Of a stretch of DNA of 64,000 bases, positions 33,098 through 47,144 are shown one piece after another (positions within the stretch are counted from its first letter, which is position 1; each line of letters opens with the position of its first letter). The stretch is from Octopus sinensis (lineage: Eukaryota), in assembly GCF_006345805.1 (NCBI RefSeq), contig NC_043009.1, forward strand, positions 5,952,001 through 6,016,000, written 5' to 3'. Under the pieces are notes generated by a model. That model did not search any database and was not told the origin of the DNA. It saw only the letters and a list, made by a program, of their open reading frames with translations. Made by a program: the position numbers and the translations under genes.

Positions 33098-33654
33098 TAT
33101 TGGATAGTCCGGAAAGTTCGTGCCGAATTTTAAAGGAAAGAAAAAGTTCAATAAATACTTGCCATTACATTTTTAATCAATTAAATATGAACCATTTTGT
33201 TGCACATTGCGTCTCCATCTTTCCTTTAATTTGAAAATACCCTCTTCCCAGAATTGCAGTGGTTTCATGGCAAAGAATTCATCAAGGTAATTTTTTTACG
33301 TCATCCAAGGAATTGAAATTTTTACCGCACAGACCTCAATAAGTGGAAATCCGAAGAAGCAATATCTGGTGAATATGGAGGGTGGAGTAACACATCCCAG
33401 CCGAGCTGTAGTAATTTTTGTCTGGTTCCCAAATCATTAGGTGCAGAAAACGAACTTTCTTATTTTCCATTTTAAAGGGTTACAGAATTAACACAGGTTA
33501 TAGGAACATAAACCTTGTTCCACGAAAAGATAGCTTAAACTGTGCTCTAAATGGAGGTGTAGTCAAATCTTATTTTATGGACTCAACTATGTTCTAAAAT
33601 AAGTCGCGAGATAAGCTACTATAAATCGGCACGAACTTTCCGGACAACCCAATA
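33098..33654 (-). mobile_element. Internally deleted mariner-family DNA transposon
   Basis: TIRs TATTGGATAGTCCGGAAAGTTCGTGCCGA / TCGGCACGAACTTTCCGGACAACCCAATA. Minus-strand remnants LLHPPYSPDIASSDFHLLRS (YSPDLAP motif) and FWEEGIFKLKERWRRNVQQNGSYLID (mariner C-terminus). Confidence 0.85.
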
Positions 33655-34740
33655 TTTCGTACATGTCTGATATTATATTCCGACACAACAATCACAATAT
33701 TCTACTGACAATAGTTACTGCAATTCAGGGTAACTATAATTCCGTTGAAGAACGCTGAGAAAGCTATCTTATTCAACAGATTCAGCGGGTGAATATAAAA
33801 CATAATGACAATTACAGAAATGAGACATCATATTTGTAACTCACTCAACTAGAACGGTACACAGCTATTTCTGTACAGATATCGATGAATTGCCTCCAAA
33901 TATAGATATTGATACGTTCCAGAAAAATACCAATGATTTTGTATCTAATTATATATTGGGCAGTTTTACGCAGTATTTAATAATGATGCTGTCGATGTGT
34001 TTTTGCAAGTTATACGCTATTACCTTTGATAAAGAGAAAGGTAATACCAGATAAATTCTCTATGCAATAAATGCTACTTTCGAAATAAATGTGAGCTGGT
34101 TTAACGAGGGAACGTGTGGATATATTTAAAACAGATGTTCTGTAGGTGATATCTCACATTGTACAATGAGGACCAAATGTCACGCATCAAAATATTTAGG
34201 ATTATATCTATATTACTTTATTAGGTGATAGTTGGCAGAGTTGTTAGCAAAACGGATTAACGGTTTTTCTTCCGTCATTACGTTTTCAGTTCAAATTCCA
34301 CCAAGTTCAACTTTATCTTTCATCGTTTTGAGGCTCGATTAAATAAGTACCAGATGATAATTCCGGAATCTACTGGACATGGAATTATTTTGTTCATACC
34401 TTTTGGCCCGGCTTGTACTTTAGTAGTAAATTTTCACGAAGACTGAATACAGACTCGTGAAGGACCAGAACAAATTGGAATGGTATAATGTTAAGACGCT
34501 ATAACCATACTCCTAAAACATAACCTTAAAACGTTTGTATGACAGAAATGTTGGCGACGAAACTGATTGAGTATAATTAATAATTAATTCAGTATACTTG
34601 TGGAAAGTGTCCCTATATCCAACACAAGCGAATAACAAGAGAGTTAGAAAACGCACATGGGTGTATGTGCGTGTAAGTGCATAAATAAATACACATATAC
34701 CCATGAATACCTACACATTTCTAAGTATGTACAGGTGTAT

Positions 34741-36175
34741 GTATGTGTGTAGGTTGGTCGGTAGGTAGATATGTAGGTAGGTAGGTTGGTTGGTAGGTAA
34801 GTAGGTAGGCAGGTAGGTAGGTTGGTAGGTAGGTAAGTAGTAGGTAGGTAGGTAGGTTGCTAGGTAGGTAGGTAGGTATGTATGTAGGTAGGTAGGTAGG
34901 TAGGTAGGTAAGAATAAAGGTAGGTAGGTAGGTAGGTAGGTAAGTAGGTAGGTAGGTAGGTAGGTAGGTTGGTAGGTAGGTAGGTAGGTAGGTAGGTAGA
35001 CGGTAGGTAGGTAGGTAGGTAGGTAGGTAGGTTGGTAGGTAGGTAGGTTGGTAGGTAGGTAGGTAGGTAGGTAGGACGGTAGGTAGGTAGGTAGGTATGT
35101 TGGTAGGCAGGTATGTAGATAGGACGGTAGGTAGGTTGGTAGGTAGGACGGTAGGTAGGTAGGTAGGTTGGTAGGTAGGTAGGTAGGTAGGTAGGTAAGT
35201 AGGTAGGTAGGTAGGTAGGTTGGTAGGCAGGTAGGTTGGTAGATAGGTAGGTAGACGGTAGGTAGGTAGGTATGTAGGTAGGTAGATATGTTGGTAGGCA
35301 GGTAGGTATATAGGACGGTAGGTAAGTTGGTAGGTAGGTAGGAGGGTAGGTAGGTAGGTAAGTAGGTAGGTAGGTAAGTATGTAGGTAAGTAGGTATGTA
35401 GGTAGGTAGGTAGGTAAGTAGGTAGGTAGGTAGGTAGGTTGGTATGTAGGTAGGTTGGTAGGTGGGTAGGTAGGTAAGTAGGACGGTAGGTATGTAGGTA
35501 GGTAGGTATGTTGGAAGGCAGGTATGTAGATAGGACGGTAGGTAGGTTGGTAGGTAGGACGGTAGGTAGGTAGGTAGGTTGGTAGGTAGGTAGGTAGGTA
35601 GGTAGGTAAGTAGGTAAGTAGGTAAGTAGGTAGCTAGGTAGGTAGGTAGGTAGGTAGTAGGTAGGTAAGTAGGTAGGTAAGTAGGTAGGTAAGTAGGTAG
35701 GTAGGTAGGTAGGTAGGTAGGTAGGTAGGTAAGTAGGTAGGTAGGTAGGTAGGTAGGTAGTAGGTAGGTAGGTAGGTAGACGGTAGGTAGGTAGGTAGGT
35801 AGGTAGGTAGGTTGGTAGGTAGGTAGGTTGGTAGGTAGGTAGGTAGGTAAGTAGGACGGTAGGTAGGTAAGTAGGACGGTAGGTAGGTAGGTAGGTATGT
35901 TGGTAGGCAGGTAGGTAGATAGGACGGTAGGTAGTTTGGTAGTTAGGACGGTAGGTAGGTTGGTAGGTAGGTAGGTAGGAATGTTGGTAGGCAGGTAGGT
36001 AGGTAGGACGGTAGGTAGGTTGGTGGGTAGGACGGTAGGTAGGTAGGTATTTTGGTAGGTAGGTAGGAATGTTGGTAGGCAGGTAGGTAGGTAGGACGGT
36101 AGGTAGATTGGTAGGTAGGTAGGTAGGTAGGTAGGTAGGTAAGTATGTTGGTAGGCAGGTAAGTAGGTAGGAACA
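34741..36175. repeat. ~1.4-kb (TAGG)n satellite with variant units
   Basis: Directly visible; variants TTGG, ACGG, TAAG, TATG, CAGG. Confidence 0.95.
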
Positions 36176-36248
36176 TATACTATGAATTTTGGGACGCGAT
36201 AGAGTATTTACAAATTATTTATCCACTATTATATCTATATTAACGGCG

Positions 36249-36301
<53 letters not shown>

Positions 36302-36409
36302 ATTAGCATATTTTTTCGCAAATATGAAAAATTATTCCCTTTCCATTGGACGTCATCTATTTCGTAATGTCTATTTATTTATTTACATATCTACACTAAA
36401 TTTATTTCC

Positions 36410-36845
36410 AGCTGCATTAAATATTGGTTTAAAATATTGGCACAAACCCGGTAATTTAGTGGGAGGGGTGAGGCGATTACATCAACCACAATGTTTAGTT
36501 AATATTTCTTATATCAATAGCGAATGGATGAAGGGCAATATTTGGACTCAGATTGCGAAGTCGGATGAAATGCCGCTTAGCATTTTCGCCCGGAGTTGTA
36601 ACTGTTGTGCCTGCTCGCCGAAATAATAAATATTCGCTTCACATTTTGGCACAAGTCCAGGAATTTTGGAGGAGGTGGTAAGTCGATTAACATCGACCCC
36701 AGTGCTCCATTAGTACTAATTTTAATCGACCCCCAAATGATGAAAAGCAAAGTCGGCCCCGGCGGAATGTGAACTCAGAAAGTAAAGACGGATGAAACGC
36801 AGCTAAGCATTTTGTCCGGTGTACTAACGATTCTGCCAACTCTAC
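36410..36845 (-). mobile_element. Two tandem copies of the Deu/Nin-like SINE
   Basis: GCACAAACCCGG...GGATGAAGGGCAA... and GGCACAAGTCCAGG...ATGATGAAAAGCAAAGTCGGCCCCGGCGGAATGTGAACTCAGAAAGTAAAGACGG. Confidence 0.7.
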
Positions 36846-37338
36846 AAGTCTTATGTATTAATTTTGAAATCAGACCTGAGTATAATCAGAAAGATCAAAG
36901 TTACCCGTAAGAAAGCATGAAGAAATACAAGAAATACAAGAACTTCTTTGCTACCTACCTACATAAATAACTACCTTTGTATTAACAGACGTTTAGCAGA
37001 CAGTGAGGAATTTAAAGTTGATTAAAACTATCATTATGAATTAAAGCAATACACGTGATGAAGAGATAGCTTTGCTATCATAATTATTGTTTCTGTTAAT
37101 TCATAAAGAAATACCAGCCCCAGAGTGCCAAGTTTATATTTCCCTTGTACTGCTGTTAACAGACGCTCTGACCCAGTCCTAAAAATATATTTATTCTAAT
37201 TGGTAATCCGAACAGCTAGAATTTAAGGCAAAAAACTCGCAGAAATCACAAATACGCCACCTGCTCTAGCTTATGATAATGTTTATAGTGTTGAATCTAC
37301 TAGCATTTATGTAAAGAATATATATATATATTATACTA

Positions 37339-37377
<39 letters not shown>

Positions 37378-37835
37378 CTTGGCGTCTCTTGTGAGGAGAG
37401 ATACACATAAATTCATAATGTATGCCTTTATAATTTATTTTGCAGCAGTCTAGAATTTTAGTGGTGTAGCTAGTATGAGAGATATAAATGTTCATCGCAA
37501 CTTCAGTTATCAGAGAGCTAAATTCTTGCACAAACACATTCACTGCATATATAATACGAAAATATGCTGAAAAAAAGAAACAAACGCGAAAACAGATATG
37601 CTAAACTGATCTAGAGATCTCCAATCTGTAATACTGTTCTTCCTTTTGGCTACGATGTTGTCTCGATAATATTGTACTGCAGAGATATAAGAAATAATAC
37701 ATGAAAGAGATTGAGGATTAGTTAAATATGTATTTTTATTGTCTACTATGCTGTCACTTTTCTTTACTCAGTCATATTCCTTTGAAGATTTCATGAATAC
37801 ATATGCTGTTCTTCATGTTGCTTTATCTATCTTCG

Positions 37836-37876
<41 letters not shown>

Positions 37877-37922
37877 CATACACCACAGTATATATATATA
37901 TATCTATATATATATATATATA

Positions 37923-37977
<55 letters not shown>

Positions 37978-38704
37978 ATATATATATGTGTATGCATATA
38001 TGAAACGCAGTCTCATGCATTCACATACAGACGCATACACATAGAATCACATATATAAAATCAAAGAAAATTTTGGTAAGAACATATTTCTTCATGTGTT
38101 GAAATGATTTCCAAGATTTCAAATAGAACCATGTTAAAAACCGTATTTGATACCTTGCTGTTCATTATGAATAATGTATCCTTAAGTGCGGTACTGACTG
38201 GTTGATCATTAGCACCAAAATCATTTAGATTTTTAGATTTTTGTGGAAGGCTCACGCGATTAAATCGACCTCGTACTTCACTGATATTCTTTGGTTTTCT
38301 TTTTTTAGCTTAGCAATCTCGTAATGGAATCGGCTTACGTTAACCTGTTTATACAGTGACTGTTTAGAATTCTTCAAACATTAGAATTGGTAACATGAAA
38401 GAATATCAAAACATTTCCTTTTATTGGTCGTGTTGAATTTTCTCCAAACCGACACCTGGCACGCGCGGAAGTTTCGAACAAAAGTATTCTGTGATATAAT
38501 CATAAAAATAGAAGCTAGTCATTGTGTCAGTCTTCCCTCTCAGACAGATGATTAATTTTGACTTACAAACCATTGGTATTAAAATTGGGTTGTTACATTA
38601 TTGAAAGAATCGGCTTGTCACAAATAATGTGAAATCATTTATACCAAAATTTACGTTCGAAACTTTACGTACACTATTGAACGATATACATGCATGCCTG
38701 TATA

Positions 38705-39526
38705 TACGAGGTCTGATCAATAAGTATCCGAAATGTTGCCATAAAAACGACGCTAAAGCACGCAGATTGAAGCCGCTTAGCTAAGATTAGCCTTGAACTC
38801 TGCTGTGCATGCAGACTAAATCTTACCGTTCTAGCACACTTTTCCTGTTTACAGCAGGGCTTGGAATTAACGTGTGTAACGTGTGATCGTCGCAATGACC
38901 GTGACAGTATTCATGGTGATAACAGCTCAGAGGCCTACACAATCTCTCAGAAAGCGTATGGAGAAGAGTATATGAGATGCACACAAGTGTACGAGGGGTT
39001 CAAATGTGTCCAAGATGGCCGAAAAATGTCGATATTGACGAACATTTTCAGAGGAACGCAACCAGCATAACTCAGAAGAACATCGCAGATGTGTGTGCAA
39101 CTGTGCGGGGAAACCGTCGAATCCCCATCTGTGTGCTATCAGAGGATATGCAGATTAGTTACGGTTCAGTTCATTATCACAGAAGATTTGGGTTTCAGTT
39201 GCATAAGATCTCCTTGATGGTGTCGAGAAAGATGAAACCTTTTTGAAAACTTTGCGTAGGTTTCTGAGCTAGTATCTCCAAGCATTTTGCAAAATTTGAT
39301 GCAGATTCTCGGCTCAACTTTCTCCGTCATGGTTAATGCGACGATCAAACGTTACACTTATTACTTCCAAGTACAACTGTAAAAAGTTGATGTGAGTTAA
39401 TCCATTAAAACTGAGTGTGCTTGCACAGCAGAGTTCAAGGTCAGACTGTGAAAAGCCGCGTGGCTCTGCGTGTTTTAACATCGTTTCTGTTGCAATAGTC
39501 CGGATACTTATTGATCATACCACGTA
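38705..39526. mobile_element. Non-autonomous mariner derivative made of two inverted 5' ends
   Basis: TIRs TACGAGGTCTGATCAATAAGTATCCG / CGGATACTTATTGATCATACCACGTA with TA at each end. + strand transposase N-terminal remnants (AYGEEYMRCTQVYEGF..; NIADVCATVRGNRRIPICVLSEDMQISYGSVH); - strand MTEKVEPRICIKFCKMLGDTSSETYAK. Confidence 0.8.
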
Positions 39527-40289
39527 TGTATATATACATATGGATATATGTATGTAATTTTGTATGAATACATGCATGTATGCATGTATGCATGTATGCA
39601 TGTATGTGTGTATCTATATATGTATATATATCTATATCTGTGTCTGTGTGTGTCCATGTATGCATACATGCATACATATATGTATATATACATGTATATA
39701 TATGTATATAATATATGTGTGTGTGTGTTTTTGTGTGTATGGATGTATATAGAGTGTATTTGTGTGTGTGAGAGAGAGAGAAAGAGGGAGGCAGTGAGAC
39801 AATGTAATGCGGAAGGTAGTAAGTAATTCAGTGAGAATTATATAAAATATTTTTCAGAGTTGAAAATATGAACCCTGTAATTATACCTGTAATTTGGCTT
39901 CTTTGTTCGTAAATATAGTGTAAGAAATCCGGATGCATGGAATATTTCAAAAACATCATGTAGAAAACAAATCTGTTGTTTATCGTTTTATCAAATTTTT
40001 TGAATAGATATAGTATTATACAGACAGTGTTAATAACACAGATTTTATATACGCTACCAATCAACAGACCTTATATAACGATAGCTACCTACTAACCTAT
40101 GTTATATTAAATATTTTGGATATTTCATCGTGCAGAGCGTATGTCATAAACTCGGACGATTTTACCTACTTATACTGTGGGCCACCTTCGCAGATCTACT
40201 AAATTAATGGGACTTAAAAATAATAATCGGTTGTGAAGTGATCATGGGGAGAAACAGGAACACACACAAGCATATGGATATGTGCAAAA

Positions 40290-40338
<49 letters not shown>

Positions 40339-41775
40339 CACATACGCACATTTGTGTTATGTGTGTGTTTTTATACGACCGGCTTCATTATTTTTTTCCT
40401 TCTACGAAATCCATTCAAAATATTTTGTTGTGGACCGGACTTTATGGAGCAAACACTTACCTGATGAGTCGCGCAGTGGGACTGAAGAGCATAATCGTTG
40501 GGAAGTAAATTCCTCAGTCACACAGCGACTACAAATATACGCGCGCCTGTTAACGTGTACCATCGACACGTTTACCCCACCGTTCTCTAATCACGGGTAA
40601 CCTTTTCTACTTGTCTCCAGTTCGATCTCTGGCGTTTCAGTATTTCGCCTTTGCTGAAGGAATGTCCTCCTAACCTAGGTTTTGTTGTTTTTTTTCACTT
40701 GCCATCGATTCTTCTGTAACTTTGCTTATTTTAACACATTCTCAGCCTGCCGTCCATCTTTTTACCTATCTATCACGGAATGCTGCGCAAGGAGTGAGCA
40801 CGCCACTGGCAAAGTTGCGTGAGTTGTGGGACGTCACAAGTCAACAAACAGCACCAAGAACTCAGACTCAGGGTTAAAGATGAACAAATTCTAAACCACA
40901 TACTGCTCTTATGATAACACAAGATCGGATTTGAAACCTTATGAATGTATAAACATGGAGATGGGAGGTGGTGAAAAAACGTCTTATTCGTGACATTGAA
41001 ACGAATATTGATGTGTTATTATGTTCTCCCAAAATGTAACGCATCATTAACCGTGGAAGATGTTTCGATAATTAATATTGACAAAAGATCCTGTTGCACA
41101 TCACCTAAGTTATGTCTTTTAAATGGCTATAAAACAACGCATCAGACACCTGAATAAACAAATCGCATCAACGATATCTAATATTAGTTCAGATGTATAA
41201 CATTTTTTTCCTTTTCACAAACAATAAATTTGTTTGTTTACTATATCCTGGAATCTATGCTATAAATGAGCAAAAGACGAAAAATGGAAGATCATGGATG
41301 TTTAAATTGATGGATCACTTTTCTAATAAATATAAAACAAATGTTCATGATTATATAACATACACCCAAACATTCACAAATATTCAGGCTAAAAAAGAAG
41401 GTGGAGAGAACACAAGACGAAGCTTTGAAAACGTCGTTTTTTCTTTAATTATGAATGCCTGCTGCTATTCCAGCGAAGTTGCAGGGTTGCGTTTTATTTT
41501 TATATCTTTCAAGGTGTTAAATATTAGTTGGTTGTTTACAACGTTATTAAATAGAAAGTTGTGAGTGCTATAGGAAGAGACATATAGTGATTGTTTAAAA
41601 CAGTAGAATGTAATACCTTGCGAATGGAACTATTTTACGATCTCAAGTTAACCACCTATGGAGATAAAAGCATTGCGATATTGCAATCCTTATTGAAGCT
41701 TATATAATTTATCAATCTGTATCTCTCTCTTTCTCTCTCTCCTCTCTCTCTCTCTCTCTGTATATATATATATGT

Positions 41776-41834
<59 letters not shown>

Positions 41835-43800
41835 CATATACGTATATATATATATATACACACACACATATATATATATGTACATCCCCGACTAGGTAAT
41901 AAATAAGGCGATTAAGAAGGAAGAAATAAACTGTCTCAAGTAGAGAAATATTCCCGCATGTAAATATTTATATTTTTCGATGCTGTTGTGTAAAATCTGC
42001 AGCTACTTTTTGATCTCACCCCACCATACACACACCCACTTGGCATCGCATTTAATCACAGTTCGACAACACCATATCGTGCACGGGAACGTGGCCCCGT
42101 GTTCGTTGCTGATATTGTTAGTTTTTCCATGGGTAACTTCCTCTTGTTTGCTCAGCAGTCATGCATACCATGGTAAAATATTTGACGAGGCTATTAAAAA
42201 TATTGGACGGGAACCATTTTAACAGGAGTATAATCTAGTTGTATAAAACCATCAGTTCATAAGTTTTCCTTTTTTCTTATTTCAGCGAACACTCACGTCA
42301 TGCTATGAGATTGTGACAATAATTCGATATTTAGGTCACAATAACAGTAATTCGAAAACTGTGTTTCAACGGATAAAAAAAATCATTTAGAGATATCGAG
42401 ATTTAAAAGAACAAAAAGCTATTTAAATATTTAAATGTTCACCTACTTTACAAGACATAGAGGGGAAATCGTTGCTGAGATTGCACATGTAATGTAAGAA
42501 AATAAAAAAAAGAAGAACGGTAGGAAATTATAAGTCCTGTATTGAAAAATATATGTAGGTTTTAGAAAACAGCGCAAAAATAAATTGATGTATTTGTGAA
42601 AGAAAAGCTATAAACAGAAATACTGATAACAGTTGCATACTTATAAAATTTCCTTTTTTATTGATCGTTAGTTTTTCTACAATTATAAATTTCAACATTT
42701 ACTTGCATTATTTCCTCATAACATTTCTTGGTTTTATCTTATTTATTGTTTGGGTGTTGACATTTAAATCCTAGAAAGATATATAAAAAACAGAAGAGTG
42801 ATGTTTACATTCAAAAATATATCAGAAACATTACTTCTAGAAATTGTCGACAAAAATTAACATAACAAAATCTGTAGAACAAAATTTATTAACCAATGTA
42901 GATATAAAAATATATATAAAATTTACTATGCTAGATATTTCAATAAACTCAGACTAGTCAATTCTGAAATATAAAACAATGATTTCCCAAAATCAGTATT
43001 ATTCAAAGACATTTATATTACATTACAGTTGAAAATAAATAATAAAAGTAAGTACTACATGTTGGTAGTAAAAATAAAGTAGTTCTACTTTCGAATATTT
43101 TTTTGCGCTTACCAAAAAAGATTCCGCTGTGATTTAAACTCCATGACACACACAGACAATCACAGAAGAAAGTAAGACGTAGAGCTAAAGGAAGCAATGT
43201 AAAATATAGCAATGTTTACATTCCAAATAGTGTACATTGAGTGTAATCAATTCTGCCTATATCATAAGTCCATGTGTGATATTTTGCCACAAGTGCAGGT
43301 ACGATATTTTGCGTAAGACGTTATTAAATTGGATAACATTCCGATATTTGAAGTCGTAGTATTCCTAGTTGGTAATAATGGGTCTTTAAAGTAATTATTT
43401 TAAAAATAGAAATAGGAAACAATTGAATCAGATAATTGCAGTACAATATTGAAAATATAATGCGGTGTCACGTTCTTAAAGCCAAACCCAGCAAAATCTC
43501 CACAGTATTATATTTTTAAAAGAAAAACTACAGAAATCAGTGCATTAATGAAGCTGCTATCCAGCAAAAATCAAAAGGATGTAAGGTTAAATTTCTTCTC
43601 TGAAGTGAAGTCTAAATAATTGGATATTATAATAATTTATGACAGGTATAAGCTTCAGTTTACAAATTAAGTAGAGGAGGGAGTTTTATTAAAATGTCAG
43701 CAAAGAATATAATAGTGAAGCAATATGAATCATACCTACACGCGCACACACTCTCTCTCTCTCACGCACACACGTAGATATATATAATATATATATATAA

Positions 43801-43865
<65 letters not shown>

Positions 43866-44151
43866 TATATATATGTATATAAATATATATATAGATATAT
43901 ACATATATATATACATATATATATACATATGTGCACACATAACTATATATCTGCATATATGTTTATATATTACATATGCATATATGCGGCTATATACATA
44001 CATATATACATATGCTGTACCGGAAATCTACTTTTGTTCTTAAACGTTTTTAAGAAGCTAAAAACTACCTTACATACAGGGCTCAGGAAATATGGATATT
44101 AGAATGAAAACAACAAAAACTCTAAAATTTATATATACATGCATTTATGTA

Positions 44152-44227
<76 letters not shown>

Positions 44228-44498
44228 AATATATGTATATATATATATACATATATATATGAATATATATATATATATCCATCCATGTACTTGTGTGTGC
44301 GTGATGTTTTGTTTATCTGTGTGTGTGTGTGTGTGTGTTTGTGCGTGTGTATATGTATGTATGTGCGTGTGCGTGTACGGTGCTTTATTCCGCTATTTAG
44401 GTCATCACTTCAGGGTTACTAAATCGATTTTTCTAACATGCTGCATGCCTACGCTTTCCCATATATACAAATAATACATATGCATACATATATGTACG

Positions 44499-44570
<72 letters not shown>

Positions 44571-46029
44571 AACACACACAACCATTCCAGCACACACACA
44601 AACTCAGACTCATGTATATTTTTGTCTACGTATGCATTTACATGTCTTTTATACTTTCAGATTTGTTCTGTTTTGTATTTAGTGTACGAATTGTTGATAA
44701 AAACAATTTCTTTCTTACAATTACTTTTTGCATGTCACTTTTTTGTTTAGCATTACATTTGTTTTGGATTTTGTTAGAAAACATCAAAACATATTCAATA
44801 TTTTATTGTACTATTAATCATTTATATTATGTCAATAAAACATACACCACATTTTTTTCATTCCGTACAACTAAAGATAATGGAAAAACAATATGATAAA
44901 AATTATCGATGATCAATAAGAGATACAAAAACGAAACGGAAATATTACTGCGAATATGTAACAATACTATTTTATAAATTAGCTTCATTATGGATTTTCA
45001 GGTTATAAATTGGAACTTAGTAAGAGATGCGTGAAAAAATATCCTTGTACATAAAACATTCTGAACAATGAAGCATGATCTCTGTTCATTGATTGCAGGA
45101 AAAGAATGCTTGAGTAGTCCAGGTTGTAGTTTATCATATTACCACCTGTCCTGTCGTTGGTTGTTTAGTATTTCTAGTCCGATATTTCATTGTAACTCTA
45201 GGAAGAAGCATTGTCAAGCTGTTATATTTGGAATATGCTAGATCAGTGGTTCTCAACCATTTTTTTAATCTATGGAAGCCTTTCATTGCTATTTTATCCT
45301 AGTTGACCCCATAGTCATTCTATGTTGAAAGAATAGCTTTATAGATAATTCATTCAATGTTCCTACTTAGCTTTCAACACATTAACTTGTGTAGGGTGAA
45401 CTACGCCAGAGAAAGAAACCTAGCTATGTCTTATAATAATACATCTAAAGCAAAATGTTTCATAGACCCCATCAACTACTACTGTCGACCCAAATTACTA
45501 TTTTGCTTGTGTGAACCCCTAAGATCTTCTTAGGACCACAAGTGCTCATACTGACCCCAGTTGAGTACCATTGCGCTAGATGGAAATCAGATCCAGTATT
45601 TGCTCTGCTACAGTTATTTTCCCTAAACTTTATGTTCCAGTCACGGTCTCAGACTCTTAAAATGTTTCACATAATGAGTAATGTGGCCCTTGAGAGCAGA
45701 AAACATACATTCCTGGAACACGTATGAGTGCCCGCATGGTCAACGAATTGCTTCTGTTCCAAATGGAAGAAAGAGCTACTGAAATGATGTAAGTAGCCTG
45801 TATTAAATAGATGAACAGATGTAGACTTCAAAATACCCTATCTAAGTGATAGCATTGACAGCCTGTTCCCGTAGTACTGGGGGTAGCTATTTGTTGGAAT
45901 AAAAACCGTTTGGAATGCACTATGTCTAATATGAAAACATGCTATTCAGATATTGATTACAAACAAAAATATCGCGCGTACATTAACCTACTAACTTATT
46001 GTGTCTAAGACCAAACCACGTTAGTTAGA

Positions 46030-46790
46030 GACTGCATCCTTAATGTGAACTTGCGTTCCCGGACTCTTCCTGCTGAATTGTTATCGTTTCGGAACTGAGT
46101 TGTCCTCACAATGGCTGCACGCTCTTTATTTACAGGTGTGCACAGTTGACCCACGACTATTGATTCCCAACCACGTCAGCAGGTTCAACATCGCGTGACC
46201 CAACCACGTTTCAGACCGTGTCCTTAATGTGACCCTGTGTATGCCGGCGCTACATGCAGAATTGTTTTCGTTTGAGAGCTGAGCTGTCCACATATTGGTC
46301 ACAAGTTTTTTACGCAAAGGAGTGCACTGTTGAGCCACGAGTATTGATTCCAAACCGAAAATTCGCATGGCAGATTTGTTTCCAAGTGCTTCCTTGCCTA
46401 TCCGCTTCCTTTGCCACGTCATTGTTATCATGTAGTTTTCTCTCATGTGGAACTATTGAGCACGCCCACATGCTTACTTTATCACGTAGATGTAGTTCCT
46501 ATGTCTGTTAATTGTTCAGCTTAGTAGCGGCCCCCCGCCAACGTGTATCCACTGAAAGCGTTTTGCTACGTCCGAAACTCACATACACCATCCAATTTTC
46601 TTTCACAAGGTTCGGGCCTTGATTCCTCCAAACAGAAGCATGACATGCCAGTTGAAATAACACTTGATTTGCTCCTCAGACGTTTTGTCCCCAATGCTGC
46701 TGTTCCACGTATCACAGCATTCAACTTAACTGTACCACATATACAAACTATGCCATTTAAATCCCGAGCGACGCCACTCCCATTTATATT
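46030..46790 (+). pseudogene. GC-richer degenerate coding-like segment with two diverged 184-bp units encoding C2H2-like motifs (possible remnant of a restriction-endonuclease-type LINE or zinc-finger gene)
   Basis: Units start at 46037 and 46221 (TCCTTAATGTGA) and translate as ELSCPHNGCTLFIYRCAQLTHDY* and ELSCPHIGHKFFTQRSALLSHEY*, with stops and a frameshift. Confidence 0.3.
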
Positions 46791-47004
46791 TTTGCTCATT
46801 TGTTTCTATACAGTTGTATGTATTGGCACCCGTGTCTATGCAGTTACCAGATTTTTCCACTCGTTAATCTGTATCACTCGTACATGTGTGTGTATTCATC
46901 CAATACAATTGAATAAATACACATAATTGAATGTTTACCGGCTGATGCCTGCCTGGCGATTTTATATCCTCTCCGTTTTCTTACCTGCTATTTATATATA
47001 TATA

Positions 47005-47051
<47 letters not shown>

Positions 47052-47095
47052 CATACATATATAGATCTGAATATGTAAACGTATGTATATATATG

Positions 47096-47144
<49 letters not shown>

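Noticed and set aside
34741-36175. (TAGG)n as an interstitial telomeric array
   Set aside because: The unit is TAGG, not TTAGG or TTAGGG.
45242-45545. CAGTGGTTCTCAACC, a hAT/Charlie-like terminal sequence
   Set aside because: No matching inverted end found nearby, so element boundaries cannot be supported.
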